A DNA stretch of 64,000 nucleotides, taken from Candidatus Babeliales bacterium (GTDB lineage: Bacteria > Babelota > Babeliae > Babelales > JANWKD01). Shown here piece after piece: positions 9,910 to 20,461 of this stretch. Made by a program: the position numbers and the translations under genes. The notes under the pieces are model-generated. The model did no database searches and had not been told where the DNA came from. It saw nothing but the letters and a program-made list of their open reading frames with translations. Position 1 is the stretch's first letter. Each line of letters begins with the position of its first letter. The stretch lies in the NCBI GenBank assembly GCA_963701665.1, contig OY969622.1, positions 1,273,193 through 1,337,192 on the forward strand, in the 5' to 3' direction.

Positions 9910-11001
9910 ATGAAACAAAATATTTTTTTCGTTATAGTGTTATTATTTTTTCTAAATCACCCAATCACTGCAAGCCAAAGACAAAGAATACAAGAAGCTG
10001 CTGAGCAAATTGCCATGCTCCGAACACAGCTGAAAGAAAAATATCTTGAAAAGCTTGATGAGCTCAGAAGAAATTTTAAAAAAGCATATATTCGCGAAGC
10101 CAAAAGAATCTTAGGCGTAGCAACAAAAAAAGAGATAGATGAAATGCCACGAGAGACCTTTGCTAGCCGTAGAAATGAAATACTACAAAATACAAATAAG
10201 CGCAAGTATGAGTTACTAGAAGACTTTATCAACAAAAATGTTAACAACAATACTATTAATATCCAAGATCAAAATGGCAAAACCATTTTATTTGATACCA
10301 TTGCTTCAGGGTTTGAAGATTTAGTAAGCGAGCTGCTTAATAAGGGAGCTGATATCACTATCACTACCCTTTTAGGAAATACTATGTTACATCAAGCAAC
10401 CGCCGTAAATTCAAGAATGACCAATCTAATCCTTCAAAAAGCGTCTCAGCTTGAACATGAACACGAATTTATTAATCAAACAAATAAATTTGGTAACAGT
10501 GCCCTTATCTTGGCCATTGATAGAAATGATGCTGATACTGTTAGGGCGTTATTAAAAGCCGGTGCAAGTCCAAATATAGTTAATAATGATGGATTCACGC
10601 CATTACATCAGGCAATTCTTCAGGAAAAACCTTCAAAAAAAACAGTCATGATTGTAAAGCTCTTACTTGAATCTGGAGCTAATCCAGGAGCTGAAGTTGA
10701 ATCCAAATTAATTTCAGGAAAAAAGAGATATAATAAATCTCCTATGGAGTTGGTAAAAAGGGCGATTGATGATATTTCAGCAACAGAATCTCATGCTAAT
10801 CCTGAGCGAGAAAGCATACGATATACAAATCTAGAAAAAATGTATGAAGCTATGCTTGCTTATACAGGGAAGCCTTTCCAGATAATAAAAAAAACAGCTA
10901 AAAAAAGAGTTCGCATAGAAGATAATACTTTAAGCAATGCTCTAAGAAAACTAATAATACAGCTTGAGACCTTAAAAGGAAAATTAACACGCGGTGTTTA
11001 A
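9910..11001 (+). CDS. Secreted ankyrin-repeat protein
   Basis: Signal peptide; repeats GKTILF, GNTMLH, GNSALILA, GFTPLHQA, LLESGANP. Confidence 0.88.
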   Translation: MKQNIFFVIVLLFFLNHPITASQRQRIQEAAEQIAMLRTQLKEKYLEKLDELRRNFKKAYIREAKRILGVATKKEIDEMPRETFASRRNEILQNTNKRKYELLEDFINKNVNNNTINIQDQNGKTILFDTIASGFEDLVSELLNKGADITITTLLGNTMLHQATAVNSRMTNLILQKASQLEHEHEFINQTNKFGNSALILAIDRNDADTVRALLKAGASPNIVNNDGFTPLHQAILQEKPSKKTVMIVKLLLESGANPGAEVESKLISGKKRYNKSPMELVKRAIDDISATESHANPERESIRYTNLEKMYEAMLAYTGKPFQIIKKTAKKRVRIEDNTLSNALRKLIIQLETLKGKLTRGV

Positions 11002-11026
11002 CGTAATCAAAAAAGAGGGATATCCC

Positions 11027-11608
11027 ATGAATACAAAAATATATTCTTTGTTTTTGATATGTATAATTATCCATGACGTAAGAGCTATAAACACATCATA
11101 CCAGGAAAAATTTAATGCGCTGTATGATAAGATTGCTGCCTACGGACAAGGTCCCAAGGATCAAGAAAAGTTTTTAGAAGAATTTATCAATGCTCCTGAT
11201 TTTACTATTGCATTTATAAGCAACAACGGAGAAACAATCCTAAGCACAGCAGTAAAAAACAATCAAGCTAATGTCGTGAAGAAATTGCTATCATTACCGG
11301 GATACAAAACAATTATCGATCAGCAAGATTCTTATGGGTACACGCCATTATATTCTGCTGTAAATAATCGCAATAAAACAATTACTACCATGCTTCTTGA
11401 AAAAGGTGCTAACCCTAATGCTCCAAGTAAGGGTGGCCTTACCCCTCTTGATAGGGCTACTGAGTTACAATTACCCGAATTGGTAAATACACTACTCAAG
11501 TTCAATGCAGATCCTACAGCAAAACCTATACTACAGGATAAGAGATATACTAGTGAGTTAGAGGCTGCACAATCCCCAAAACAACAGTCCAAAGCAAAAG
11601 GACATTAG
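11027..11608 (+). CDS. Secreted ankyrin-repeat protein
   Basis: Likely start ATG 11027 (GAGGG RBS); GETILSTA, GYTPLYSA, LLEKGANPN, GLTPLDRA. Confidence 0.88.
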   Translation: MNTKIYSLFLICIIIHDVRAINTSYQEKFNALYDKIAAYGQGPKDQEKFLEEFINAPDFTIAFISNNGETILSTAVKNNQANVVKKLLSLPGYKTIIDQQDSYGYTPLYSAVNNRNKTITTMLLEKGANPNAPSKGGLTPLDRATELQLPELVNTLLKFNADPTAKPILQDKRYTSELEAAQSPKQQSKAKGH

Positions 11609-11783
11609 AAAATTCGGTTAGAGCAACTTTAGCTTAGTAAAATAAGCATTGCCTTGACATTTTTAGCTCTTATGCAATACTAAACTATGTGTTTTTCTTA
11701 AAACATATCATAATTATTTCCCCTATTTTTATGCTTTTTAACCTGAAATTTAGGCTAAAAAGGCTCTTTTACAGAGGATAACA

Positions 11784-12044
11784 ATGGCAACTAGTAAATC
11801 GGGCGGATCGACCCAGAATGGCAGAGATAGCCAAAGTAAGCGTTTAGGCGTCAAACTTTTTGATGGCCAAGAAGTAACCGGTGGAGAAATTTTAGTACGC
11901 CAACGTGGCACTCGTTTCCATCCAGGTAAATTAGTGGGCATGGGCTCTGATCACACCCTATTTGCTTTAAATGCAGGATTTGTTAAATTTCATTATGGCC
12001 GTAAAGGCAGACGTTACGTTTCGATATTCGCTACGCGTTCATAA
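11784..12044 (+). CDS. rpmA: 50S ribosomal protein L27
   Basis: [32 protein letters not shown]. Confidence 0.97.
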   Translation: MATSKSGGSTQNGRDSQSKRLGVKLFDGQEVTGGEILVRQRGTRFHPGKLVGMGSDHTLFALNAGFVKFHYGRKGRRYVSIFATRS

Positions 12045-12138
12045 CCTTGACAACGTATCTGCGTGCGGTACCCTAGTCTGAAATCAAAAAAATAAGTATC
12101 AAGCACCTCTTGACAATGAGTTGTCCCTGGAGAGTTTC

Positions 12139-13023
12139 ATGATCGATTTTCTAAAATATCGCTTTGTTTGCGCCATTTTTTCCCTCGTTTTGTTGGTCGG
12201 CTTTGCGGGCCTCTATTTTTATCGAGTCTCAACGCGTGGCTATGCATTTAGCTACAGTGTCGATTTTACGGGAGGAACTCAGCTTCTTTTCCGTTTTTCA
12301 AAACCAGTTTCGGATGCTGCAATCAAAGAAGTTTTAGAAAAGAATGGGTGGCATAATCCTGTTATGCGTGACTTCTCTAACACAGAAGTATTAGTCCGCG
12401 TTAAAGAATTTTCTACCGATGTTAAAGGTTTAGGCCAAGCTATGCTTAAAGCATTACAAGAAGGATTGAACGATAGTGCTATTACTATCCTATCAGTTGA
12501 TAGCGTTAGCGGTGGCGTGGGTGAAGTATTGGCACGGAAATCAATATACGCTGTAACACTCGCTCTTATTTTAATGCTTCTGTATATCTGGCTCAGGTTT
12601 TTTTCAATCAGTTTTGGTGTAGGTGCGGTAGTATCTTTATTGCATGATGCAATAGTAATTTTGGGTATATTTTTGCTTCTCGATAAAGAGATTTCTATCA
12701 ATGTTATAAGTGCTATTTTAGCAGTTCTTGGTTACTCAATTAATGATACTATCGTTATATTTACTAAAATTAGGCAAAACATTAAATCAATGCGTGGTGT
12801 ACCAATTGCAAAGATTGTAAATACAAGTATTAATCAGACATTAAGACGTACTATTTTAACGAGCTTTTCAACAGCATTAGTAGTACTTTCATTGTTTATT
12901 TTAGGCGGTGAGGCTTTACGAGATTTATCCCTGGCGCTTCTCATAGGTATAATCTTTGGCACCTACTCATCCATTTACATTGCCAGCCCACTTATGCTAC
13001 TATTATATAAAGAAGCAAAATAA
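12139..13023 (+). CDS. secF: Protein translocase subunit SecF
   Basis: VDFTGGT, LLHD, GYSINDTIVIF, NQTLRRTILTS, GTYSSIYIASP; ATG 12139 after GGAG. Confidence 0.95.
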   Translation: MIDFLKYRFVCAIFSLVLLVGFAGLYFYRVSTRGYAFSYSVDFTGGTQLLFRFSKPVSDAAIKEVLEKNGWHNPVMRDFSNTEVLVRVKEFSTDVKGLGQAMLKALQEGLNDSAITILSVDSVSGGVGEVLARKSIYAVTLALILMLLYIWLRFFSISFGVGAVVSLLHDAIVILGIFLLLDKEISINVISAILAVLGYSINDTIVIFTKIRQNIKSMRGVPIAKIVNTSINQTLRRTILTSFSTALVVLSLFILGGEALRDLSLALLIGIIFGTYSSIYIASPLMLLLYKEAK

Positions 13024-13314
13024 TTTATTACATTCAATTAATTACATACGTACTTATATGAATTTATGAGTTTAAGGTACGTATTCTTAAATAAAATTTC
13101 CTTAATGCATCATCTTTTTAGATGACTGTATTGCTAGTAAAATATTCAGATACTATTTCGGTGCCATTTTAACCTATAAATTCTGATCAAACTTTAAGTA
13201 ATTGAAATAGAGGTACCTTTTATTTTTTGTATTCAAAGTCGTTAATAACAATTCAGGTCTAACACTATCTTATGATTTTTTCACGTCCTAACACATTCAA
13301 GGAGATCCAAAAAA

Positions 13315-14616
13315 ATGGTTACGCAAGAATTAGCTAAAATGAGTCTTGCAGATTTAAATCAATATGCTCGTAAATTAGGAGTTGTTGGCGCAACTCTTAT
13401 GTCAAAAGAAATGCTCATTCAAAAAATTAAAGAACTTCAAGAAAATCCAGATAAAGAACTGGAAGTTGAAGGAGTTCTAGAAAAATTACCGGATGGGTTT
13501 GGTTTTTTACGTTCTGCAAAATTTGATTATGTATCTGGACCCGATGACATTTATGTTTCTCCTTCACAAATCAGACGATTTGGTCTAAAAACAGGTGATA
13601 CCGTTGTTGGTGTTATCCGCAAACCAAAAGAAGGTGAAAAATATTTTGCCCTTCTAAAAATCGACAAAGTAAACTTTGTTGATCCGTCTACACTCGGTGA
13701 TCGTCTCTTTTTTGATCGCCTCACCCCATTACATCCTGATAAAAAATTCAATTTAGAAGCTAATCCAGCTTTTATTTCCACGCGCCTTATGGATATTTTC
13801 TCACCAATTGGTAAAGGTCAGCGTGGTTTAATTGTAGCACCGCCAAAAGCTGGTAAAACCGTGCTGCTTAAAGAAATTACGCAAAGCATTTTAACCAATC
13901 ACCCCGAAGTATACATGATTGTGTTACTGGTGGACGAGCGTCCTGAAGAAGTATCTGATATGCGCCGCTCGATTAAAGGGGCAAATGCCGAGGTTATTAG
14001 TTCCACATTCGATGAAGCTGCCGAGCGTCACGTACAAGTTGCTGAACTCGTACTTGAAAAAGCAAAACGTCTTGTTGAAGTCGGTAAAGATGTTGTCATC
14101 GTTCTTGATGCTATAACTCGTCTTGCACGCGCTTACAATACAACTGCACCCGCTTCAGGAAAAATTTTAACCGGTGGTATTGATGCGAACGCGCTCCAAC
14201 GGCCAAAACGGTTTTTTGGTGCCGCGCGTAACACCGAAGAAGGTGGCTCACTTACCATTATTGCTACGGCCCTTATTGAAACAGGCTCTCGCATGGATGA
14301 AGTTATCTACGAAGAGTTCAAGGGAACTGGTAACATGGAAATGCATTTAAGCCGTAAATTATCTAACAGACGCTTATTCCCTGCATTTGACTTACTTATT
14401 TCAGGTACTCGTCGTGAAGATCTTTTATTACCACCTGATGAGCTCAACAAAGCATGGATTTTGCATAAACTTTTAGCCACCATGAATACGGTTGAAGGCA
14501 TGGAATTCTTAATTGATAAAATGAAGAAGCATAAAACTAATGCAGAATTTTTTGAATCTATTCAAAAGAAAAATGGCACAGCACCTTCTGGATCAGGATC
14601 ATCTTCCCCTGCATAA
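13315..14616 (+). CDS. rho: Transcription termination factor Rho
   Basis: [45 protein letters not shown]. Confidence 0.98.
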   Translation: MVTQELAKMSLADLNQYARKLGVVGATLMSKEMLIQKIKELQENPDKELEVEGVLEKLPDGFGFLRSAKFDYVSGPDDIYVSPSQIRRFGLKTGDTVVGVIRKPKEGEKYFALLKIDKVNFVDPSTLGDRLFFDRLTPLHPDKKFNLEANPAFISTRLMDIFSPIGKGQRGLIVAPPKAGKTVLLKEITQSILTNHPEVYMIVLLVDERPEEVSDMRRSIKGANAEVISSTFDEAAERHVQVAELVLEKAKRLVEVGKDVVIVLDAITRLARAYNTTAPASGKILTGGIDANALQRPKRFFGAARNTEEGGSLTIIATALIETGSRMDEVIYEEFKGTGNMEMHLSRKLSNRRLFPAFDLLISGTRREDLLLPPDELNKAWILHKLLATMNTVEGMEFLIDKMKKHKTNAEFFESIQKKNGTAPSGSGSSSPA

Positions 14617-14630
14617 TAAAAATCACGAAA

Positions 14631-14680
14631 AAAACTCTTTCGTGACATAATTTTTTACGGAAATCACGAAAGAGTTTTTA
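14631..14680 (+). terminator. Inverted repeat after rho (putative terminator)
   Basis: AAAACTCTTTCGTGA (14631-14645) pairs with TCACGAAAGAGTTTT (14664-14678). Confidence 0.55.
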
Positions 14681-14774
14681 GATACATTTTCAAAAATTTT
14701 TCTCTTATTAAGAAATATAGTATCGTAGTAATGTTTTTATTGGGTACACATTTTTTTACAACAGGAACTACGAT

Positions 14775-15320
14775 ATGATTATAAAAAAAGCTTTCTTTTG
14801 CTTCATAATGTTAATGTCATGTTCTTTCACTTCACTTAGCATGCAAAAACCCAAGGTTAGATATTGCATCACGTTCAAAAAAGATGATGAACAGCCGGGC
14901 AGATATCAAGATCTAAAAACATTAGACCAGTTAGAAACAATGGCACGAAAATCATTCATCAGTTTACAAAAACAAAAGTATGTCCTATCTTCTGACGCCT
15001 TTTCAAGATTAAACGAAGCAAAAAAACAGTTTAACGGCAGTGAAGAAATCACTATTGATAAAGACATAATCAAAGATTTTCTTTCTTTTATCATGGTCGA
15101 TGGCGGCCGCGTAGAATTTTGGAAATTTCCTGATGGGACAATTGTAGACTTGAATGTTAAGTTAATTGATAGCCGGGAAGGAAGTATTTTCATAGAAGGT
15201 CCAATACTTAATATTGCGCGCGAAGCAAAATTTGTCACCCAGAAACCTAATGTTCAACAAATGCCTCAAGAAGAAAACAAAAACTCATCATGGTGGCAAA
15301 AGCAATGTTCCCTGCAGTAA
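14775..15320 (+). CDS. Secreted hypothetical protein with C-terminal CaaX-like motif (CSLQ)
   Basis: Signal peptide ...SLS|MQK; ends SSWWQKQCSLQ-stop. Confidence 0.7.
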   Translation: MIIKKAFFCFIMLMSCSFTSLSMQKPKVRYCITFKKDDEQPGRYQDLKTLDQLETMARKSFISLQKQKYVLSSDAFSRLNEAKKQFNGSEEITIDKDIIKDFLSFIMVDGGRVEFWKFPDGTIVDLNVKLIDSREGSIFIEGPILNIAREAKFVTQKPNVQQMPQEENKNSSWWQKQCSLQ

Positions 15321-15388
15321 ATAGAGCTTAAAAACCGCAAAATTTGATTTGACCTATATCCCAGCAAATGCGTATTGAAAACGAAATT

Positions 15389-15486
15389 GTCATTGCAAGC
15401 GAATGCGTGGCAATCCAATTATAAAATTAGTTCCTTTAAGCAATTAATTAAAGTTTGGATCCCCACGGCTAAAGCCTCGGGATGAC
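15389..15486. repeat. Palindromic element copy 3
   Basis: GTCATTGCAAG..CGTGGCAATCCA...TGGATCCCCACG GCTAAAGC CTCGGGATGAC. Confidence 0.9.
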
Positions 15487-15521
15487 GTCCTTGGGTTTAT
15501 TGTAAGTTCATCGAGTTCGCG

Positions 15522-16544
15522 TTAAAAAATATCTAAGCTTAAATCCGAAAAAAGATTTTGTTGCGCACGATAATGGCCAACAAAAGCGATCATAGCAGCA
15601 TTATCAGTACAGTACTGTGCTGAAGGCGTATAAAAATTAATATTTTTTGATGAGCAAAACGTTTGCAATTCTTTTTTAAGATACTTGTTACACGCAACAC
15701 CGCCAACAAAGGTGACTGCTTTTAGCTGAGGATATTCTTTTAAACAATGCTCAATTTTATGTATAAAAATATCTTCTATGCATACCAACAGTGAACTTGC
15801 AATCTTATTTATTTCAAGCTCCGTCAATGAAGGCAGCAATGTTTTTGCTTTCAAATCATAAAATCCACGGTTTATCATATCATATAGCACCGCAGTTTTA
15901 AGCCCAGAAAAGCTAAAGTCAAAACTATGTGCCATGCTGCGTGGATATTTATAAAAATCTTCGTAATGTACCATGTGCGCGCATTTTTCTATTTCAGGCC
16001 CGCCCGGATAGGGCAAATGCAACAGCTTTGCAATTTTATCAAATGCTTCACCGGCAGCATCATCGAGCGTTGATCCTAATACCGTGTATTCACCGTAGTT
16101 ATGCATAAGATAAAGTGACGTGTGTCCACCGGATGCTGTTAAGCACAGATGCGGAAATGGTACATCATGCTCAATAGATGCAGAAAACGCGTGTCCTTCT
16201 AGATGATTTATGCCAATGATTTTTTTTTGTTTTGCAAATGCGAGCGCTTTTGCAAATGAGAGCCCGATCAACAATGCACCCGATAAACCCGGCTTGCTCG
16301 TAACGGCAATAACATCCACGTCGTCGAGCGTTGTTGCAGCTGTTGCGAGTGCTTCTTCTATAATATTAGTAATTTTTTCTAAATGCGTGCGCGAAGCAAC
16401 TTCTGGAACCACGCCGCCATATTTTTTTTGGAGTTCAACTTGGGTAAAGAGTACATTTGAAAGAACCCCTTTGCGCGTGTGATAAATAGCAGCTGCCGTT
16501 TCATCACAAGATGTTTCAATACCTAATACAGTGAATTCTTTCAT
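15522..16544 (-). CDS. tsaD: tRNA N6-threonylcarbamoyladenosine transferase TsaD
   Basis: GIETSCDET, GGVVPEVASR, NHLEGH, SGGHT, DDAAGEAFDK, TDNAAMI. Confidence 0.97.
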   Translation of the reverse strand: MKEFTVLGIETSCDETAAAIYHTRKGVLSNVLFTQVELQKKYGGVVPEVASRTHLEKITNIIEEALATAATTLDDVDVIAVTSKPGLSGALLIGLSFAKALAFAKQKKIIGINHLEGHAFSASIEHDVPFPHLCLTASGGHTSLYLMHNYGEYTVLGSTLDDAAGEAFDKIAKLLHLPYPGGPEIEKCAHMVHYEDFYKYPRSMAHSFDFSFSGLKTAVLYDMINRGFYDLKAKTLLPSLTELEINKIASSLLVCIEDIFIHKIEHCLKEYPQLKAVTFVGGVACNKYLKKELQTFCSSKNINFYTPSAQYCTDNAAMIAFVGHYRAQQNLFSDLSLDIF

Positions 16545-17380
16545 GAATTAAGGATGTATCGGTTTAAAGGATTCTGCACGGTTATAGTGCGATTTTGTGC
16601 AATAGCTGCAATCGTTTTGGTTGGCTTTTTATGAATGCATTTAAAATCAAGCAGTGCGCATACCATTCGTGCACCTACTGCGTGTAATGTTTTTTCATCA
16701 ATTTCATCACGAAACTTCAATGTAGGCAATGGCACTGTTGCATCATCAGGACGCCATGACTCAGTAACTACCTCAACAAAAGTCGGATTCATAAGAAAGA
16801 TAAGGGTGTTATCAGGAAGTACAGGAAGTATCATTTCAGGATCATTTTTTCGAGCGTCATCTTTCTTATCAAGCTGCTCATTATTCTTATTGTTATCTTT
16901 GGTATCAGATGGGTCTTGAGAACTATCCTGATCCTTTTTTTCCATCTTGGTAATTTCCCAATATTCTATTTTCTCACCAGGATTTAATGGCACTGAAGTG
17001 CCTGTTTGGTGTTCATCAACTATTGTTTTTATCGTCGACATGCGTTTGACATGATAAAAAGCATAGGGATGTTGATCAGATGTTTCAAGATGAGCAAAAT
17101 CATTTGCGTTCGGTCTTTTTAAATATTCGGTAATAAGAATATAAAATTCGCAGCATACACGATCATCATAAAGTTCATAGGTTGCTCTGCGGGGAATACG
17201 CGTATCATGTTTATCAACATCAACACAATGCTCACCACCTTTATAGAGTAATGATGGCATAGGAGGCGCGCATTCAATGCATGGAGGGAATTGGATCTTA
17301 CCCACATACATGGTTTGGCTACCAAACATAGTAAAACTTTGAAGCAAGAGAATAAGCATCAATTTTTTTTGAATGAACAT
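16541..17380 (-). CDS. Hypothetical exported protein, translationally coupled to tsaD
   Basis: 279-aa ORF with signal-like N-terminus; ATGA overlap with the tsaD start. Confidence 0.65.
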   Translation of the reverse strand: MFIQKKLMLILLLQSFTMFGSQTMYVGKIQFPPCIECAPPMPSLLYKGGEHCVDVDKHDTRIPRRATYELYDDRVCCEFYILITEYLKRPNANDFAHLETSDQHPYAFYHVKRMSTIKTIVDEHQTGTSVPLNPGEKIEYWEITKMEKKDQDSSQDPSDTKDNNKNNEQLDKKDDARKNDPEMILPVLPDNTLIFLMNPTFVEVVTESWRPDDATVPLPTLKFRDEIDEKTLHAVGARMVCALLDFKCIHKKPTKTIAAIAQNRTITVQNPLNRYILNS

Positions 17381-17497
17381 ACTGATGATCCCTTTTACAA
17401 AAATAACGTTATTAATGCTAGTATATAGGTATAGAATACTGTAAAAGAAATCTTTTTAAAACTAATACCTTTTATTGCCCCTCATTGAGGATTTTTT

Positions 17498-18724
17498 ATG
17501 AAAAACCAAAGTCACCTTGATACCAAGATTCAAGCACTCATGGATCAAGAAAAAAAGCGTCAGAAAGAAACGATCGATCTCATTGCATCGGAAAATTATG
17601 TTGATAAAGAAATCCTTGAAGCCATGGGCTCCGTTTTGACCAACAAATACGCTGAAGGATATCCTGGTAAACGCTATTATAGCGGATGTGCATTTGTTGA
17701 TGAGATAGAAATTATTGCTCAAGAACGGTGTAAAGAATTATTCGGCGCTGAACATGCTAACGTACAACCACACGCTGGATCGCAAGCAAATATGGCAGTT
17801 TATTTTGCCTGTTTACAACCAGGTGATCTTATTATGGGCATGAGTTTAGCAGAAGGTGGCCATCTGACACACGGCCATGCGGTCAACTTTTCTGGTTCTC
17901 TCTACCGTTCCGTGCAGTACACGGTTGATAAAGAATCAGAACAACTTGATTATGATGCTATTGAAAAAATCGCCCAAGAACATAAACCAAAATTAATTAT
18001 TGCAGGTGCTTCGGCATATTCACGCATCATTGATTTTGAACGTTTTTCAGCAATTGCCAAAAAAGTAGGCGCTTTGTTTCTGGCTGATATTGCTCATATT
18101 GCAGGATTAGTTGCCGCACAGCTTCATCCAAGTCCAGTACCTTATGCTGATTTTGTCTCAAGCACCACGCACAAAACATTACGAGGGCCTCGCGGTGGGC
18201 TTGTTATGTGCAAAAATGCACACGCGCAAAATCTTGATCGCGCGATTATGCCCGGATCGCAAGGCGGTCCTTTCATGAATATGATTGCCGCAAAAGCGAT
18301 CGCATTTCATCAAGCATTACAACCCTCGTTCAAAGATTACCAAAAAAAGATTATAGAAAACGCTCAACTGATGGCTTCACTATTTTTAGATCTTCAATAT
18401 CGCATTGTTGCTGGCGGCACCGATAATCATTTATTTGTGCTTGATCTGCGCAGTAAAAATGTTTCGGGCCGAGCGGCAGAAGTCGCCTTAGAAAAAGCGG
18501 GCATTACCGTCAGCAGAAGTTGCATCCCTTTTGATCCTGCAAAACCATGGATAACGAGTGGCATTCGCCTTGGCACACCCGCCATAACAACACGAGGCAT
18601 CACGGAAAATACTATTAGATTATTGGTTGAATATATCGATGAAGTATTAAAAAATCATGAAAATGAAAACGCACTCGCTGCCATTAATGAAAAAATAAAA
18701 AAATTAACGCGCGATTTGGCATAG
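17498..18724 (+). CDS. glyA: Serine hydroxymethyltransferase
   Basis: LIASEN, NKYAEGYPGKRYY, GGHLTHG, TTHKTLRGPRGG, SGIRLGTPA. Confidence 0.98.
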   Translation: MKNQSHLDTKIQALMDQEKKRQKETIDLIASENYVDKEILEAMGSVLTNKYAEGYPGKRYYSGCAFVDEIEIIAQERCKELFGAEHANVQPHAGSQANMAVYFACLQPGDLIMGMSLAEGGHLTHGHAVNFSGSLYRSVQYTVDKESEQLDYDAIEKIAQEHKPKLIIAGASAYSRIIDFERFSAIAKKVGALFLADIAHIAGLVAAQLHPSPVPYADFVSSTTHKTLRGPRGGLVMCKNAHAQNLDRAIMPGSQGGPFMNMIAAKAIAFHQALQPSFKDYQKKIIENAQLMASLFLDLQYRIVAGGTDNHLFVLDLRSKNVSGRAAEVALEKAGITVSRSCIPFDPAKPWITSGIRLGTPAITTRGITENTIRLLVEYIDEVLKNHENENALAAINEKIKKLTRDLA

Positions 18725-18736
18725 AATTTGGCATAG

Positions 18737-18773
18737 AAAATGAGGGCACTCATCGCGATGTGCCCTCGTTTTT
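18737..18773. terminator. Bidirectional intrinsic terminator between convergent genes
   Basis: AAAATGAGGGCAC-TCATCGCGAT-GTGCCCTCGTTTTT hairpin with A/T tails. Confidence 0.75.
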
Positions 18774-18777
18774 AATT

Positions 18778-19539
18778 TTATGCTGTTTGCGCTGCTTTTT
18801 TACGTTTCTTTGCTGCTTTTTTCTTTTGTTTTTCTGCGCGCATTTTTTTGGGATGTGTTTTTTTCGTTTTGCTTTGATTCTTTTTCTTTTTTTCCTCGCT
18901 CATTTTAGCTCTTTTTGCTCGCTTTTCATGCATTCTTTGCGCACGTTTTGAAGTAGCGAGGGAACCAGCCGTTGCTCCTGCTGCGCCCGCCGCGCCAGCC
19001 GCTACTGCGCCGCCGCGCGTTCCTGATGACGTTGTTTGCGCAGCACCCGAAGTGTTTTCACCTCCCATTGCATTTTCGATCGTTTGCAACCAGCCACTCG
19101 ACTTTGTTTTTGCTGGTTCGGCAGCTGTTGGGTGCACTGCTGCGCGCGCTGAAGATTTTTTAGATCCACCACCACCACGAGGGTTAATATGCAATCCAAT
19201 GACGCCCATCGCGCGTTCTGCATAATTATGGGCAGCTTGCATGTGGTTTCCCTTTTTCTGCGCAATATCTTCATACGAATTAATAATGGAACGTGCTAAT
19301 GCACTCGTTTTTGGATTATCCAATTTTTTTGATTTTCTGTTGGTACCATACATTCTATTATTAAGCTCTCCACGAAGGTTGCCCTCTAATTTTCTGCGTT
19401 CTTTATAATTGAGTGGCGAAGCTTTTAATTCGTTTTTGAGGCTATTTATGTGGCCTTGAACAAGATTTTCTTTTGCATAACTTTTAGTAAAACCCAAAAG
19501 CAATACCGTAAAAATAATACGTACACAGCACTTGCGCAT
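18778..19539 (-). CDS. Secreted protein with Ala/Gly linker and very Lys/Arg-rich C-terminal tail
   Basis: Signal peptide; C-terminus ...EEKKKKNQSKTKKTHPKKMRAEKQKKKAAKKRKKAAQTA. Confidence 0.7.
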   Translation of the reverse strand: MRKCCVRIIFTVLLLGFTKSYAKENLVQGHINSLKNELKASPLNYKERRKLEGNLRGELNNRMYGTNRKSKKLDNPKTSALARSIINSYEDIAQKKGNHMQAAHNYAERAMGVIGLHINPRGGGGSKKSSARAAVHPTAAEPAKTKSSGWLQTIENAMGGENTSGAAQTTSSGTRGGAVAAGAAGAAGATAGSLATSKRAQRMHEKRAKRAKMSEEKKKKNQSKTKKTHPKKMRAEKQKKKAAKKRKKAAQTA

Positions 19540-19715
19540 CCTATCTCCTTTTTAAAAAAATTGTACTATTTGTTCCATGCTAGGCAAACACAATGCAGCA
19601 TTGCAATATTTTTTTGTAAACGATCATCACTATTAGTCATAAGTTCCTACAAAAAATCTAGATTTTTTTATTTAAAACATGATAACGTAGGAAAAGTATA
19701 GAAAAGAGGAAACAT

Positions 19716-19925
19716 ATGAAGAAATTAATTATCGCCTTTATTGCATCTATTCCTATCGCAGTGCTCAAACCAATGGAAGATAAAGCTGCTGTTGGTCTTA
19801 AGAAAATCAAAGCAACACAACAAGAACAAACAAAAAATAACAAATCATCTTCTCATATAAGAGATCAAGAATGCTTTTTTTGCGGCCACACAGATTGCGA
19901 TAATCTCAGAAGGCTTAAAGAATGA
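19716..19925 (+). CDS. Small secreted hypothetical protein
   Basis: AGAGG RBS; signal peptide ...LKP|MED; CFFCGHTDC motif. Confidence 0.55.
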   Translation: MKKLIIAFIASIPIAVLKPMEDKAAVGLKKIKATQQEQTKNNKSSSHIRDQECFFCGHTDCDNLRRLKE

Positions 19926-20329
19926 CTATGAAAAAAATATATTTTTTGATTATTACTTTTTCTTTGGTAACAAGTGTCCAAGCAGCACATAAAAAGAAGC
20001 CAAAAACACCACCGGTCACTATCCCTGGCAAAGTAACCCCAAATTCATCATCACCAAGTTCTGGAAGTTATACGAGTGGTTGGGACCAAACACCACGCTC
20101 ATGGGACACAGACAAAAATGATGGGAACCTTACTGAAGCTTTGGCTGATGTGACAAGTGAGACTGATCAAGAAGGTCACCTTCGGTTTGTTTCTCCACTC
20201 ACATCTCCGCGCGGTGACAATGATGAAGGACCTACACAAAAAAAATCTTGTTGTACCAAATTCTTTTGTTATTTCTGTTGTTGCTGTCGCAAAAAAAAGA
20301 CATCTTCAGAATATGCAGCAATCTCTTAA
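19922..20329 (+). CDS. Secreted low-complexity protein with Cys-cluster/basic C-terminus
   Basis: Signal peptide; Ser/Pro/Thr-rich body; KKSCCTKFFCYFCCCCRKKK. Confidence 0.65.
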   Translation: MTMKKIYFLIITFSLVTSVQAAHKKKPKTPPVTIPGKVTPNSSSPSSGSYTSGWDQTPRSWDTDKNDGNLTEALADVTSETDQEGHLRFVSPLTSPRGDNDEGPTQKKSCCTKFFCYFCCCCRKKKTSSEYAAIS

Positions 20330-20461
20330 TTGCGTTAATTAATTCATGAACATTTCATCTCAAAATAAAGTTTCTTATTAATTTTCTAATTCTATATATT
20401 TTTTTAAAAAAAAATTATACGATCATTAAAAAAGTAGTAGCTAACAAAAAAGGGAAGATTT

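Noticed and set aside
13024..13314. Long rho leader as an autoregulatory rut region
   Set aside because: Plausible by analogy with E. coli, but only AT-rich sequence and weak hairpins are visible; not supportable here.
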